A DNA stretch of 64,000 bases from Phoronis australis (taxonomy: Eukaryota; Animalia; Phoronida): the NCBI GenBank assembly GCA_002633005.1, contig NMRA01000810.1, positions 1 to 64,000 of the forward strand, read 5' to 3'. Each line of letters opens with the position of its first letter. Position 1 is the first letter of the stretch. Below are positions 12,532 through 26,778 of this stretch, one piece after another. A program made the position numbers and the translations under genes. The notes below the pieces were generated by a model. That model searched no databases, was not told the origin of the DNA, and worked only from the letters and a program-made list of their open reading frames with translations.

Positions 12532-14213
12532 CTCACACAAAGGCAGTTGGTGTATTGGAATCTAGCAAAGGTAGGTGTTGCAAGCTGGTGACCCCAGTCC
12601 CTTTGTATCTTGTTTACCTTAGAATCAAGAATATGTATTGTCAATATTTCCAGTTAAAAACTCTAAGGTTGTATACAGTGAATGCAAAATGTGGCACGGT
12701 GCAAATATAAACAAACTGTTTGTTGCTTTACACTGCCAATTGAAGTAAACGTGAAAATTAAGTTGGAGATTTCATTAACTTAGAACCCCACAGGACAATG
12801 TGCACTGTAGGATTTGGCATCAAGCATAAATTAAAATTATTTTTTCTCCCTTTCTTAAAAGTGATTGCATTCTCTGTGAGTATATCCAAGTAAGGTAGTA
12901 ACAAATTTGGTAGCAAAGAAATGCTTTTTACCCGTTGTCCGCAGTGGACCTGATCGAAATAAAAAAAAAAAACTAATGGTGGCAGAGCACGAACAGCATT
13001 TAAAGATACTCAGTCGAAACAATTTTTTTTCAAATTTACTTCCAAATATCACTCTTTCACCATGCCATTAAATTTCTTTTAATGACCACTTGACCATCAC
13101 TGAGCTTCCGTTAATGACCACTTGACCATCATTGAGCTTCCCTTCAAGGAATTGCCAACAAAGTAACAAAAATATACGCGGAGTTGTAACTTGCAAAATG
13201 TAGCATGTATCTTGATTGATGAAAACCCTAATATATTTGTGAATTTCATAAAAAATTAACATACATAAAACAAAATGATAGTTTACAAAAATGCAACAGT
13301 GTTTTTATCATTTCTTATCAAGACTTATGTCAAATGAAGTTTGTCCACGCTATTGATACCATTGTTTTGTCATCAATGAACTTTTGTGTTTTGCAACTTT
13401 TACATAATAAAAAGTCACCAGGCCCAATCAATGGCAGATTGGTAAAAAGTCAAAAATCAAAATCTATATATTAAGCACCAAGCACATACATTTAACGATC
13501 TGAAATCTAGCTTCTTGTTGACATTTGGCCAATTATACAAACTTGTCAATATGATCCAACATAAGGTAAAATTTCACTAATTTCTGACAAAAATAATTGT
13601 CAAAATTGCATTTTCATTTTTAAAGGGCTTCTAACATTGTTGGGAATGTCCTAGTTTTTTTAACAATGTTTGCGTACAGAGACTAAAAACCAGAAAAATG
13701 CTAATTTAATGCTACACATTAGCTGAAGGAAAAAATGAAAGAATATTTCACTTGTTGGCCACGTTGTTCCTTAATTGGTGAGGCTTTACTGTAAAATTAA
13801 ACTTTTTAATAATGTTTTGCCTGTTTTAAGTCTTGCACAGAAAAACATGTCCTGGATTCTTTTCTCATTGCATGGATTTCCATACTCTGATGATAGAAAT
13901 TTTACAGCAAACTTCCTTACACTCCCATTGGCAGAATTCATCTGCTGTCATGAATGACACTGCGTCAACAATCAAACCCATCTGCGCCTGAGAAACACTC
14001 CAGCCTGTTGCTCTGCATCTGAATCAATAAACCATGACTAAGCGGAATTCTTGGCCTATTTCTACAGATACTGTGATATACTTTCACATTGACCACTGGA
14101 GGCCGCATAAGTCACAATTTTAAGCTGGAAACTTGATTTTTAAGCTTAGAATTGCAGTATCTACAAACCCTCCATTGCTTTAGTACAACACAGTTCTGGA
14201 CCTCACCCCTTAA

Positions 14214-15291
14214 AGGAGAATGCCACCCGATTTAATTTGTCTTTTTTATCATCTTAATCGGTCTATATCCACATCGCCTTTTATACGGTCGACCTCACCT
14301 TGGCGAGAGGTGTCGTGATAACTTGTGAGGAAGGTGAGAAACAACACAGCGACGTCAGTGGTTCGTCTGCAGAGTGAATGCCGCTATATTGCCGTGCACC
14401 GTTCCCGCTTGTCCGAACTATGAAGCTGCGAAGAAAGCGGATATATCGTTTTTTTTTTTACTTCCTCGAGAGCCCGAAATGCTTAGGAAGTGGCTCGCGG
14501 TTGTGAAAAATGAAAAGTACGCTGTTAATAACAAGTATGAGGCTGTGAAACATCTCCGTGTCTGTGGCCGGCATTTCGTCGACAGTGATTTCTGTGACGA
14601 ACTCCGGCTTACCAAAGAACTATCCATACGTTCCGTTGCCTGTGCATGTTCACGGAGCCTCTCTAGTATTTCTCGATCAGTGTATTCCAGTTCGAACTGA
14701 TAGCCTGTGAAACCTCAAGATCTGATCCGTGAAGTCTTCTACGGATGAGCTTTTGACTAAGTCAGGATTAGCGCCGGGCGAGCTGCCATGTAGACGTTTA
14801 TTATTGTGCGTTCTGTTTCAAAATGAATTATTCTCATCCTAAATAACGTAGAAAATAAATCTGAAACTAAATAAGGCGATCCAGATCCTCCCAAGGATAC
14901 TTCACGAAATGTAGAATATAAATAGGTAATTGAAATAAAACAACAAGAATGGATCAACTGAAATTTTCGGATGTAATAACGTCCTTTGTCAACAGAAACA
15001 GAAATAAAGTAAAATCAAACACTATATGACAATTGACATTTATTATATTCATTACACCATATCTTAAATGTCAATTGTCATATAGTGTTTGATTTTACTT
15101 TATTTTTGTTTCTTAGCCATGTTGTAAACTGCTGAACAGACTGCATGTGAAACCAATTACGTCATTGGATAATTTCAACACCTCCGTCTGCCGTCAGGTG
15201 TCAGGTAACGCAACCGAACGTGCCGTTATCGAGTAGAACTACTCGATCTAAATTCATACAAAATAGGTTGTTTTTTGGGTGGCATTCTCCT
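14214..15291 (+). mobile_element. Kolobok-like non-autonomous DNA transposon with THAP-domain remnant
   Basis: TTAA|AGGAGAATGCCACCC ... GGGTGGCATTCTCCT|TTAA gives a perfect 15-bp TIR with a TTAA TSD and AG termini, as described for Kolobok. It contains an internal THAP ORF. Confidence 0.8.
14374..14700 (+). pseudogene. THAP zinc-finger (C2CH) fragment of a truncated transposase
   Basis: CTVPAC...SFFFLLPREPEMLRKWLAVV...LRVCGRHFVDSDF has the THAP C-x-C, P, W and CxxHF signature. No DDE catalytic domain follows. Confidence 0.75.
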
Positions 15292-15826
15292 TTAACTACC
15301 TAACACGTAACATGACCTACATTGACTGATACAGCGACCTATATGATCTACATGTTCATGACAGACAGTAGAGTTAGCAGTCTACTAAGAGGTAAAGCAA
15401 AGGTTGCATGCAGTCATGATATGTAAGTTTGTGTTGGTCTGTTTCATAATCTCATCTGCTATACTGTATGCAACTTTAAAGCATCTGAGGTCTTCCGTCC
15501 AATAGCTTTGATTTAGACCACTTAGTGATTACGTAATACTAGGAAATTGGCCTAAATTGTATCTCACATTGAAGAGAAGTGATTTCTGTAGACGCAAAGA
15601 ACGGACTTTTTTGCTCAGCCCACGAAATGAAATAATGTGACAAGCAAACACACGTTTGTAGTGCATGCCTTGATAGCACTTTCCAAGGTCAGCAGTCGGC
15701 GCCTCACTTTGAGACAGAATTTACAACGTTATAGGGGCCTGGCATTAAGCTTCTGTGACAAAAGGCGTTGTCACATTATCGTGATCTTTCTTTCAGATAG
15801 TTACAGAGACTACTAACTGAATCGAC

Positions 15827-18800
15827 ATGGCCCCAAAGATCTACTGGTTGTCAGGGAGCCCACCGTGCTGGAATGCGATGTTAACACTAGAAGAATGCGG
15901 TGTCGCCTATGACAACAAACTTCTGATGGTTTCAAAGGGAGAATCGAAAACTCCAGAAATGTTAGCTTTAAATCCTCGAGGGCAGGTACAGTACGCATGA
16001 ACTTGGCCTGAATGACATTCGAAACTTCATTTCCAACCAACAGAGCATTACACTGAAATTACGTACGCTGCAATTTGACTTTTAAAAGTCATCAGTTAAC
16101 ACAGACATATGTACAAGGCTAAGAAATATTCTAAAAGAGCAATATTGAAAAAGCACACAATTTTCTACCCTTAAATGTGTAAAGTGGAGTGAAAAGCATT
16201 AACACACCATATTTTCAGTCTAAGTGGCAAGACACCTTCCTTTTGCTCATACCATATGACTATTTTGCTTAAATTAGGTATGTACCTCTAATGGCTGCTG
16301 GCTTCCGTGGCTCATTTTGTCCCCAATGCCTTTTTATTACATTGACTGCACTGGCAATGCAGAATAGATGATAAAATCAATAAAATCTGTGTGATGGAGG
16401 TCCTATGGAGCTTCGTATCTAAATAAATACTAATAAGGTGATCCGAATGGTACATTGGCTGTGCCAGAGAACGCATGCCAGCCATAAGATGACGACATGT
16501 AAGTCATCCACATTGAAGGTTTTTTACATCGCAAAGAGGTTGAACACCTTCCCCTTCTATTTTAAACCCCAACTTCTGGCTTAGATGACTTACCACATGA
16601 AATTGCTTCTTTGTTACCTTGGATACAATTTCAGGACTTAGAAAGAATTAACAGACAGTTGGTTATTGATTCTTTGCCAAAAAGTTGGGTTATTGCTCGG
16701 CCTGCCATTTTATGGACCATGGTCTCTATAAATAAAATAGCAAACCGCTGATTCTTTGCTAGTTCAGAAATCACTTCTATTCCAAAAAAGTCCAGACAAG
16801 CTTTCAGCAGTCATTGGTCTTGTTTCTTGCTGTCTTGCAGAACAAGGGTTTGTCACTGCCATATGTTTTCAAGAACGTACCTCACAATCATTTGATTATG
16901 TAGCAACAAATTACGATGGCACTTCTGTTTCAGCTACCAGTGTTCGTTGACGGGGACAACGTTGTCAGCGAGTCTCTCGCCGTCTGCTTGTATGTGATTG
17001 GCAAGAATTCAAACCAGACACTGCTGCCAAAAGATGACGCTACCAAGTCACTGGTTCTACAACGTTTTGTCGAAGCGACAAACATAAGAAGCGCACTTGC
17101 AGGTAAGCACCCGGCCATCAGTGATACATCACCATAATTCTTGATATTTTACTACCATTGTAAATTGACCACGCCAATTTAATTTCATGTACAAAAATCA
17201 TTGTTTCAGAGACTAGAAAACTATGCATTGAAATTGTTTGTTTATTCTCAAGCACTGTACTTCCTGATAAGAGCCAAAACACCAGAGGATGTTGATCAAG
17301 AGAAGAAGAAGGAAAATGGAGATAAAATGGCCGCAGAACTTGACCGATGGGAGAAATATCTGACAGGAAAGGTATTCAGTTTACCAAGACCAGATTACGT
17401 GAATGAAGTCGTTCAAATAACAAGTTCCTGGTTTCTGCATTTAGAGCAATCCAAAAAGTATAAAGAAGTTGGTGAAACCCTCAATAACGACCGATTTTTG
17501 ATCATGAAAAACTGCCAACAGGGGGATTAGAGAACATCAGTACGAGTCAATGAGCAACAAAACTAAAAAGCCACTCTTCTATAAATAGCCCTTTGGGCTC
17601 GTAAGAAATTCGACCAGGCAGTGACCTTGTGCAAACAACGGATTACTATTTTTTGGGTGTGACTTCATACAAGAGAGTAGACAGATGGTACATAATGACT
17701 TTCTATTCATTAAATGACAAAACAATCCAAGTGTGTTGGCAAGTGTTCTACCAATCCTACACAGCTTTGTAAATAAAACTATTGACAGAAAATCTTGGCA
17801 TGTTGAAAGGGCTATATGAAAAACTGTTTTACAATTTCAGGACTACCTGGCTGGCAGTGCCTTCACTGTTGCTGACTGTAGCATGTTCCCTCACTTGGCT
17901 TTATTAGTCAGATTTGGACTTCAGCTGGCAGGAAGATGGCCTAATCTAAAGAGGTGAGAGGTCATTGGATGGCAGCTCTGAAAAGCTTACACTGAGTATC
18001 CACCTTCCAAGCAATTCTGGGGCCATTTGAACTAATATTTTGGGGATTGCAAACTGAGTCCATAGGCCACTCAAGCACAGGATGGTGTACAGCATATCAA
18101 AATCTCATGGCATTTTATGTAATGGATTAACATAAGAAGATAATCAACAGCTGACGCAGATGATATCTGACTAATTTTTTTTAAACAAATGAAACTTCTG
18201 CCAAAGGAGACACAACAGTAAAATCAGTATATATCTTCTTTGGTTCAGTGTGACACATGACACAAACACATCATTGGGTAAACACTTCATCAGCGCGAAC
18301 TAGCATTACTTATACTTACAGTCACGTGAGAATAAAACTTGTTGAAGTATCCTGCGGGGAAAAACCAACTTGAATTGGTGAACAATCAGCTGTGAGGAAA
18401 TTGCAACAACAGGCTCTGTATTTCAAATCTTCAGAGGCACGAACAAAACTAATGTACCCATTGCAAATAGCATTATAACGCCTTCATGAATTAGTGTTTC
18501 AATAAACATGCATTAGGTAAATTCACAGGTTTCCCTCTACAAATGAGTACTAGTAACAAAGTAAGAGGCTATAAACTCAGCTTGGGTCACAAAAAGCAAT
18601 TTTCAACCACATCCATTCATTACAAAAGTTGTCTTATGTTCTTCAGTGGAAATAAGTAACTGCTGAGCTATCATTTGGGACTAGGGAATAAAAGTTGACT
18701 TGCCACCATGTGTCATTTAAAATCTTTGCCAAAATCTTTGCCAAGCGTGGTCTAGAAGACCGCCAGTTCTTTACAAGACCTAAAAACACTTCTTAATTTA

Positions 18801-19190
18801 GAAACCATGTTGAGACCAACTTCATAATGGTTTACAAGTGATCAAATCCAAAACAGATTTTTTGATACATTGTGGGTTTACTGCCAATTGAGATTGGAAA
18901 GTTAAAAATCTCGTTATGAATGAGTGGTGAAATGTTCAACACGTTTTGCATATCCACAACATAAAGCCACAACAATTTCACTTACCATATATTACGGTAA
19001 TGGGTATAATCATTATAGTAAACTACAAGTCACAGAAACAGTACACCAGATGACACAAATGAACATGTGTGACCTATGACCTTCTGTTGTTAGGTACTAC
19101 GATACAATCAGCCAACGACCAACAGTGAAGAAGACCTGGCCCCCAGAATGGACGGGCGACAACAAGACTGTGTTCAACTTCATCAAATAA
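15827..19190 (+). CDS. Glutathione S-transferase, rho/GST-A-like, copy 1 (218 aa)
   Basis: Exons 15827-15985, 16934-17102, 17253-17371, 17841-17953 and 19094-19190, all GT-AG, phases 0,1,0,2. Protein: MAPKIYWLSGSPPCW...NPRGQLPVFVDGDNVVSESLA...YLAGSAFTVAD...RPTVKKTWPPEW...FIK*. It has the GST N-domain (NPRGQ-LP, ES), the N-capping box T-V-A-D and the rho-type WPP tail. Confidence 0.9.
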
Positions 19191-21117
19191 ACACACCCAG
19201 AGAAGGATCTACATGAAGAATTCTAATCTCAATTTTACCAAGTCAGGACGACAACTTCATCACCTTTTGAGCCAAGTTTGACGAGCCAGTGGAATTTTTC
19301 AACAGCCCCCCCAGTGGAGTCATTTTAATAACTCATTAATGGAAGCTCTTCCTTGATTTAGGGATTAAGGCACAGGAAAAAATGTTAAATTTACTATCCT
19401 CATTGAACTAAGAATTTTCAAATAGCACCATGAAATAAGTTGAGACCAATTTAATAGTAATTAACCACACATGGTATTTAGATTCTTTACTGTGTCATAA
19501 GTTTAATCATTGACTATGGTAATTGGAAAATACATTACTATATTTTTCAAAAATAATTTTATTTAATCATTTTTGTTCACAAATCACTCAACATTACCTG
19601 TGCTACTGCAGACATGGAATTACAAATGATTTACAAATAGTTTCGACCACAACTACAATGCATGCTCCCCTGCTATTAAATATCGGGCAAAACTCCCGGC
19701 GGTCTCATTGCCGGGTCAATGTTTGCGATGCCATCGGTCAAATAATCAAACATTTGCCATTCACCCAACACACTTTAAAGGATTTGTTTAATATAACCAC
19801 TGCACAAACTTAATTACCAATAAACATGCAGGTCCGGAAGGCATTAGATGCGCTTTTGATAAAAAATAACGAAAAAAAAAAGAACATTCATGTTAACTTT
19901 TTGTTATATATTGTACATAATTCCACAAACTAAAAATTATTTTTTATGACAATAAATGTAGGGGTGCTATAAGTCTGAGCCAAGAACCATTTTCTTCTGA
20001 TGGATTACATTATAAAAAGGCAATCCCACTTTTCAGATTTCACACTCATGTTCAATGTTCTACATTCATTCAGTTGCAAATCACACTTCACAAGTATGAA
20101 AAACACTTTCACATCAACATAATAAGGGAAAAAAATCATGTCATGCTTCATAGAAGAAAAAATCTTTCATCTCTCTGAAAACAATTTCAAAAGGCCGCAT
20201 TATTCGACCTTGACCTTTTTTCCATGTACAGCTTGACATACATTTCACACAGACCACTTTAATTGGGCCACAAACCAAGCTGTCACAACTTCAAGATTTC
20301 CAGCTAACAATTGTTATACTGGTAACTTTAAACTCTTCAATGTTTTACTACAATGGGTGTGAGAAGAACACAATTCTTGATCAAATCAACCATTAGGTCC
20401 TTTCAACCTGGGAGTAATATTATAGTCCTAGCTTTCAACACAGGTCTGTGACCTACTTTCATAGATAGTATAAAAGCAAGCTGCTTTAAGCACAGGCCTC
20501 AGATTGTGTTGGTCTTGCTTGAGGTAAGTCAAGGTTGCATACTGGAGAAAGTTTGTACATGGACTTGTTATAGAAGTTCATGATTATGAATTGGCCTGTT
20601 TCACACCCTCTTCCTCAGCTCCGTAGATCTATCAAAAGTTTGGCTACCTGAAGAGCAGTGACCCAATTAAGGCTTTATATGACAATTTAAGATCAGTGGT
20701 TGGTTAACTTAATACTCATATAATAGGCTAGCTGTGACCATGTTAAGGGCATAAAATGACATGTGTTGTGGTAAGCAAACTTATTCACACAGTCCTCATT
20801 TTAAAGTTATCCTCTTTTTAAGTTTTAAAAACATGCGTTATGCTTAATCACAAGCGTGATATTTTGCATGCCCCATGTCTCAAATGCATTTGTCAGTTTT
20901 CTAAACATACCTAAAAGACCAGCCTTTAAAATGGTGACTGTGTGAATAAGGACAGTGCCTTATTGTCTGCAACAATAAAGTGAGATGAGGTTCATCATCA
21001 TAAAAGGCAAATCACTATTACAGTTACCATCAGTGGCAGAAGGCATATTGCCTCTTTGACATGAAAATAAATCCTTTCTGATCATGTACTTATAGAGTCT
21101 ACTAATTGATCAGGAAT

Positions 21118-24100
21118 ATGGCACCAAAGATCTACTGGATGTCAGGGAGCGCACCCTGTTGGAAGGCAATGTTAACACTTGAAGAATGCGGCGTCACCTA
21201 CGACAACCAAATACTGCAGATGTCAAAGGGAGAATCGAAAACTCCAGAAATGTTAGCTTTGAACCCTCGAGGACAGGTACAATATGAACTTGCCTCAAAT
21301 GATATATGTTTGCAATCTTACACTTTGACCAAAATGTCAACTGGCAGAACATATACACTAACATTACACCAGAGATCACAGACGTGTGACCATAGGAAAC
21401 GAGACACCATAAATGAAACAGAAATATTGAAAAAGCTCACTATAAATTGGAGCAAAAAGTAAATTTCATTTAGTCTAAGTGAAAAGACACCTTGTTTTTT
21501 TCTCTCAAAAATTTGGTTTCATGACTTGATACTGGCAAAGTGCATACCACCAGTATGACTGCTTTGATATGTACATGTACCTTTCCAACCGAAACCAACT
21601 GTAACTCAATATCAGGGCTGTCACCGAATTACCCACAATGCTGAAATGTCTGTCAAGTGGCATTTGTGGCCCTGTTTTCACCCCTTGATTGAAGTTTCAC
21701 TTGTTGTCTTCTACAACCTTGTTTTATTTTCCTTTTTTTTCTCGGCTGCATTACTCTATTCGTCCTTCCAATGCAAGGAAGTATATTAACATTGTGCTGT
21801 GGGCTCCATGTCCAACAGGAGACAGTTGGACAAACTTGATAAATATTCAGATATGTGATAAGATCTTTGCCTGCCCAAACGTCAATCAAGACAATGCGTA
21901 ACCAACAAGACAAGTACGCTGAGTTAATTTTGACTGTACAGAGTCCCCTTACTTGATTATCTATTCAATTCTGGGACTTACAAAAAGTTGTAATTGTGAA
22001 CAACATTTCGACGGCCACACACCTCCACAGTTTCCAACGTGACCTTTGATACGACAATCCAAAATGAGGCCAATGAAAACATTCTTTATTACCTTCGAGA
22101 CAACGGAGAATTTTATTGCCGCGTAATGACAGGAATCATTTTCAGACCGTGCATCATTAAACTTGATGCACGCCACAATTGTTTCGCCGTGGCTACCAGC
22201 TCTAATGGATAATACTGGCAATGCTGTCCTATTTTGTCATGTCTTTCTTGATTATGTTGACTTCATGCAGACATATATCTGCCAATGCAGAAGAGCTGAT
22301 CAAAACAACCAATTTTGCGTGATATGGGTCTTAGTGATTTGTATAAAAATAAATATTTATATAAATCGGTTGATCCAAAGGGAAAGCTGGCTGTGCTAGT
22401 GAATGGATGTCAGCCACAAAATGGCGACCCAAAAGTCATAGATATTGACAGTATTTTAAAACCTAAAGAGTCCAAACCCCTCTCGCATTACTATTTTCAA
22501 ATCCAACGTTTGGTTTAGATCACTTCCGTTTATCAAACAGTTCCCTTGTAAAACTGGACAAATTTCAGCACTTTGAAAGAACTGACGGTAGGTTATTGAT
22601 TGTTTTGCAGCAAATTCAGTTGCTACTGCGAGTCATTTTATGGACTGAGCATTGTCTCTATAAAAACGAACTGAGTTCTTTGCAAGCTTAGAAGCCGGGT
22701 CTGTTACTGATTTAAGTATTCAAGCAGGATATAAGCACATCACTTGATTATTAGTCTTTACCAAATGAACCAATTGTAAAAGCTTTTTCTTACAGTTACC
22801 AGTGTTTGTTGACGGGGACAACGTTGTCAGCGAGTCTCTTGCCATCTGCTTGTATGTGATTGGCAACAATTCAAACCAAACACTGCTGCCAAAAGATGAC
22901 GCTAGCAAATCACTGGTCCTTCAACGTTTTGTCGAAGCAACAAATATGGGAAGCGCAATTGCTGGTAAGCAGCGGCCACCGTTAAAAAATCATAATTGTT
23001 GATATTTTACTACCATTAAATGCATCACGTCATTTTACTTTCAAGCTGTCAAACATCCTCATTTCAAAAACTAACAAATTACGCAAGCGTTTTATTTGTT
23101 TACTCTCAAGGACTGTACTTCCTGATGAGAGCCAAAACACCAGAGGATGTTGATCAAGAGAAGAAAAAGGAAAATGGAGATAAAATGGCTGCTGAACTTG
23201 ACCGATGGGAGAAATATCTGACTGGCAAGGTAATGAATTGCACAAGACCATATTACGAGATATGAAGTCTTTCACAGAACTATACGTTTTTGGTTTCTGT
23301 GTTTTGATTATGGATACTGAATGGTTCAACAGTAACCAAAACTTAACGCACCTGCACAGGTGTGAACAAGCAAGTGGTACCCCCACAAATGACCCGATTT
23401 TTAATCAAGACCACCGACAATTTAACTCTTGAAAAGTTTGAGAGAACATGAATCAATAACTGGAAATTAGAAATCCACTCTTATTAAAAGAATTTTTTTA
23501 AGTTTGAATTAAATTGGAATTGGCATTTACTTGGTGTAAACTAATGAATTTTAGCAATTTTTTGGATACAACATCTATGGGTACTGTAGACAGGTCTCAT
23601 GTACTGACATCTATGGGTACTGTAGACAGGTCTCATGTATTGACTTTGAATGCAAGAGAATAGGCATGATCGCACAATAAAAATGCATTTTACAGTGTTC
23701 TGTCAATTCTATACAATTTTGTAAACAAAAACAAGTGAAAATCTCAGCATGTAGACAGAGCTAAATAGATTAAACTGTGGTTTAACATTTCAGGACTACC
23801 TGGCTGGCAGTGCCTTCACTGTTGCTGACTGCAGCATGTTCCCTCATTTAGCTTTTTTGGTCAGACTTGGACTTCAGCTGGCAGGAAGGTGGCCAAATCT
23901 TAAGAGGTGAGAGGTCACAGGATGACTGCACTGTTTGCCTAACACTTCTTAACACTGTTCCTAGCATATCCAACAGCATATATAACTTCCAAACAACATT
24001 GAGGCCACTTTCAACTTATTTTGGGGTTTGTGTGCATAGCCTCCTTTATGAGTAGCCTCAGGGTGACATTATCCTTGTCTAAGATCTGAACACCAGAGCA

Positions 24101-26778
24101 ATCTATAGTGTGACCAGTTGTCAAGGAATGGTTGAGAACAGTACTGTGCGTGTCTTTACAGTGTTCTTTTACTCTTATGCTAAGAATCCAGTTCGCCATT
24201 CCAATGTAAACTGTTCACAGTCACTGCAGTTGAGTTTGTACACAACATGACTTCTTTGAGAATTACTCAACGGTGTTTTAAGTCTCGACAACGACAAAAG
24301 TCTGTTTACAGGTTTGAAGATAGTAACGAGTTGCAAACATGGAGCAATAGCTCCAAGTATTCTCTTAACCTGCCTCTCGTCGACAACACTACTACTGTTA
24401 CCTAAATAGGGGAGATTGAGAAATGCTTTCTTCAATTCAGGCCCATGATAAACATCCGAAGGTGTCCTGGATTGGTTACGTAAAAATCTGCCAGTGCAGG
24501 ATTTAATAAACGTTTTAGAGTAACCATTTTGGATCAAAACAAGAGGTTGTTTAAAAATTCAATTTCTCAGGCAAACAAGTCAGGATTGCTACAAATTTTA
24601 AAGGCGTGATTAAACAGACCATTGACCAGACCAGTTTTGTGCTTTTTTGGAACAAAACTATACCACTTGAGGTACAGACTTGAGAAGGTGGATTTTCTGT
24701 ATACTGATGTAGAAAATAAGTCATTCTGATGGTGAACTAATACATCAAGGAAACTAATGCAATTGTTAAGCGGATTTGCAGCGCAGACGAACTACGCATT
24801 GCGCATGTGCGAGTTACTTCCTTCGCGAAGGCTCATGGGATAGCTTGTGGTCAGGCATGTCTTGAGCAGGCTGGATAATGTATGCTACTACACTCCTTGG
24901 TGTGTGCATTTGGAGTGATTTGCAAACTAAAAACCATGTTTCATTTTTTGCTTTATAATACCAAGCAAGTCTTCTCTCTCGTTTGTAAACACAGCGTAGC
25001 TATGATCAGTGACCGTGTGACCGAGAGCACGACTGTCGCCGTGTTCAGTATTGGGGTTATCGGCGTTGATTTCGAAATCTCCTCCTATTTCAGACAAGTT
25101 GAGAGNGAGTTGCTAACATGGAGCAATAGCTCCAAGCATTCTCTTTACCTGCCTCTCGACTACACAACTACTGTTACCTAAATAGGGGAGATTGAGAAAT
25201 ACTTTCTTCAATTCAGGCCCATGATAAACATCCGAAGGTGTCCTGGATTGGTTACGTAAAAATCTGCCAGTGCAGGATTTAATAAACGTTTTAGAGTAAC
25301 CATTTTGGATCAAAACAAGAGGTTGTTCAAAAATTCAATTTCTCGGGCAAACAAGTCAGGATTGCTAGAAATCTTAAAGGCGTGATTAAACAGACCATTG
25401 ACCAGACCAGTTTTGTGCTTTTTTGGAACAAAACTATCCCACTTGAGGTACAGACCTGAGAATGTGGGTTTCATACTGATGTAGACAATAAGTCATTCTG
25501 ATGGTGAACTAATACATCAAGGAAACTAATGCAATTGTTAGCTTCAGACTCCATGGTAAATTTAATACTATTACATAACGTGTTCATTGGATTTATCCCA
25601 CCATAAAAAATGGTTTAGCTTGACATGATGATGGCTAAAAGTCAGTAAACAGACTTTTGTCCTTGTCCAGAGTGACTTAAAACACCCTTGAGTAATTTTC
25701 AAAGAAGTCACCTTGTGTACAAACTCAACTGCAGTGACTGTGAACAGTTTTACATTGGCATGAGGAACATTGTAAAGACACACACAGTGCTGTTCTCAAT
25801 CATTCCTTGACAACTGGTCACACTATAGATTGCTCTGGTGTTCAGATCTTAGACAAGGATAATGCCACCCTGAGGCTCCTTATAAAGGAGGCTATGCATA
25901 TATGGTTAAACCATGCTGAGTGTTACTTCAATAGAAACATTGGTTCATTTGAGCTCCAACTGGTTTGATTTCAGGTCTCTCCCCCTCACAATGCATTTTG
26001 ATGTGTACCTGTACAGTCTCTTCTCTACCTGTGTCGCTTGTTTTGTGTTTGTAACTGTTTCCTTGAGAATGGTTTAATGATATAAATCGAAACGTTGGAT
26101 TGGATAGATATGTCGTTATTTACTTAGGCGTTAATTTTAAAGTTCGTGTCGCTGGATTATATTTTGAAAACAATTACTGCCGCAACAAACTTGCCTCGGT
26201 CACCAATTACTAAACATCATGAAATTAGTTTCAAATTGTTCCTTGGTCAAAATAGACAATTCATGAGTTTGGAAAGAACTGGCAGCTATTATCTGGGAAT
26301 ATGCCCTACACGTTGCCTTGGCACGGATTGTCGTTTCATCTGTCGAGGATCGTCTCATCGAATGACAAAGTGTTGGTACTTTTCAAGACCAAAATTCACT
26401 TCTCGACTGAGAAAGGAAGAAGATGAATCCAATTTCAAACCATCATAGAAGTGGTTTAAACAAGACTTGGTTTCTTTGACAGAATGCGGGATTATTGCTC
26501 CTTTAAATGGAGAGAAAATTGGAAAGATGTCAAATTTGATTGTGAGCTAATGACGCGATGTTCACTGGAACATGTTTCAGATATATCCTCTAAAAAAGCC
26601 AGCACTGAAAACCAATTACAAACAAGGATAAACCATTATCTTCAGTCACCTGTAATGTGACCTATGACCTTCTTTTGCTAGGTACTACGATACAATCAGC
26701 CAACGACCAACAGTGAAGAAGACCTGGCCCCCAGAATGGACAGGCGATAACAAGACCGTGCTGGATTTCATCAAATAA
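21118..26778 (+). CDS. Glutathione S-transferase, rho/GST-A-like, copy 2 (218 aa)
   Basis: Exons 21118-21276, 22796-22964, 23111-23229, 23794-23906 and 26682-26778. Exon lengths equal those of copy 1 (159/169/119/113/97). Protein: MAPKIYWMSGSAPCWKAM...KTVLDFIK*. Confidence 0.9.
24011..25620 (-). mobile_element. Penelope-like retroelement fragment (RT thumb/linker + GIY-YIG endonuclease), degenerate, in intron 4 of GST copy 2
   Basis: Translations VYRKSTFSSLY, NGYSKTFI, LNLPYLG, HVVYKLNCSDCEQF, RVKEH...VLNHSLTTGH and LLIKEA are typical PLE C-terminal motifs. The region has frameshifts, and part of it is duplicated across the N at 25106. Confidence 0.8.
25640..26160 (+). mobile_element. Inverted Penelope-like 3' segment (GIY-YIG end + pLTR with hammerhead-like motif)
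   Basis: Reverse-complement copy of ~24030-24310 that continues to FNRNIGSFELQLV*. It is followed by tcc-ttgagaa-tggttt...aaatc-gaaacgttgga at ~26060-26100. Confidence 0.75.
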
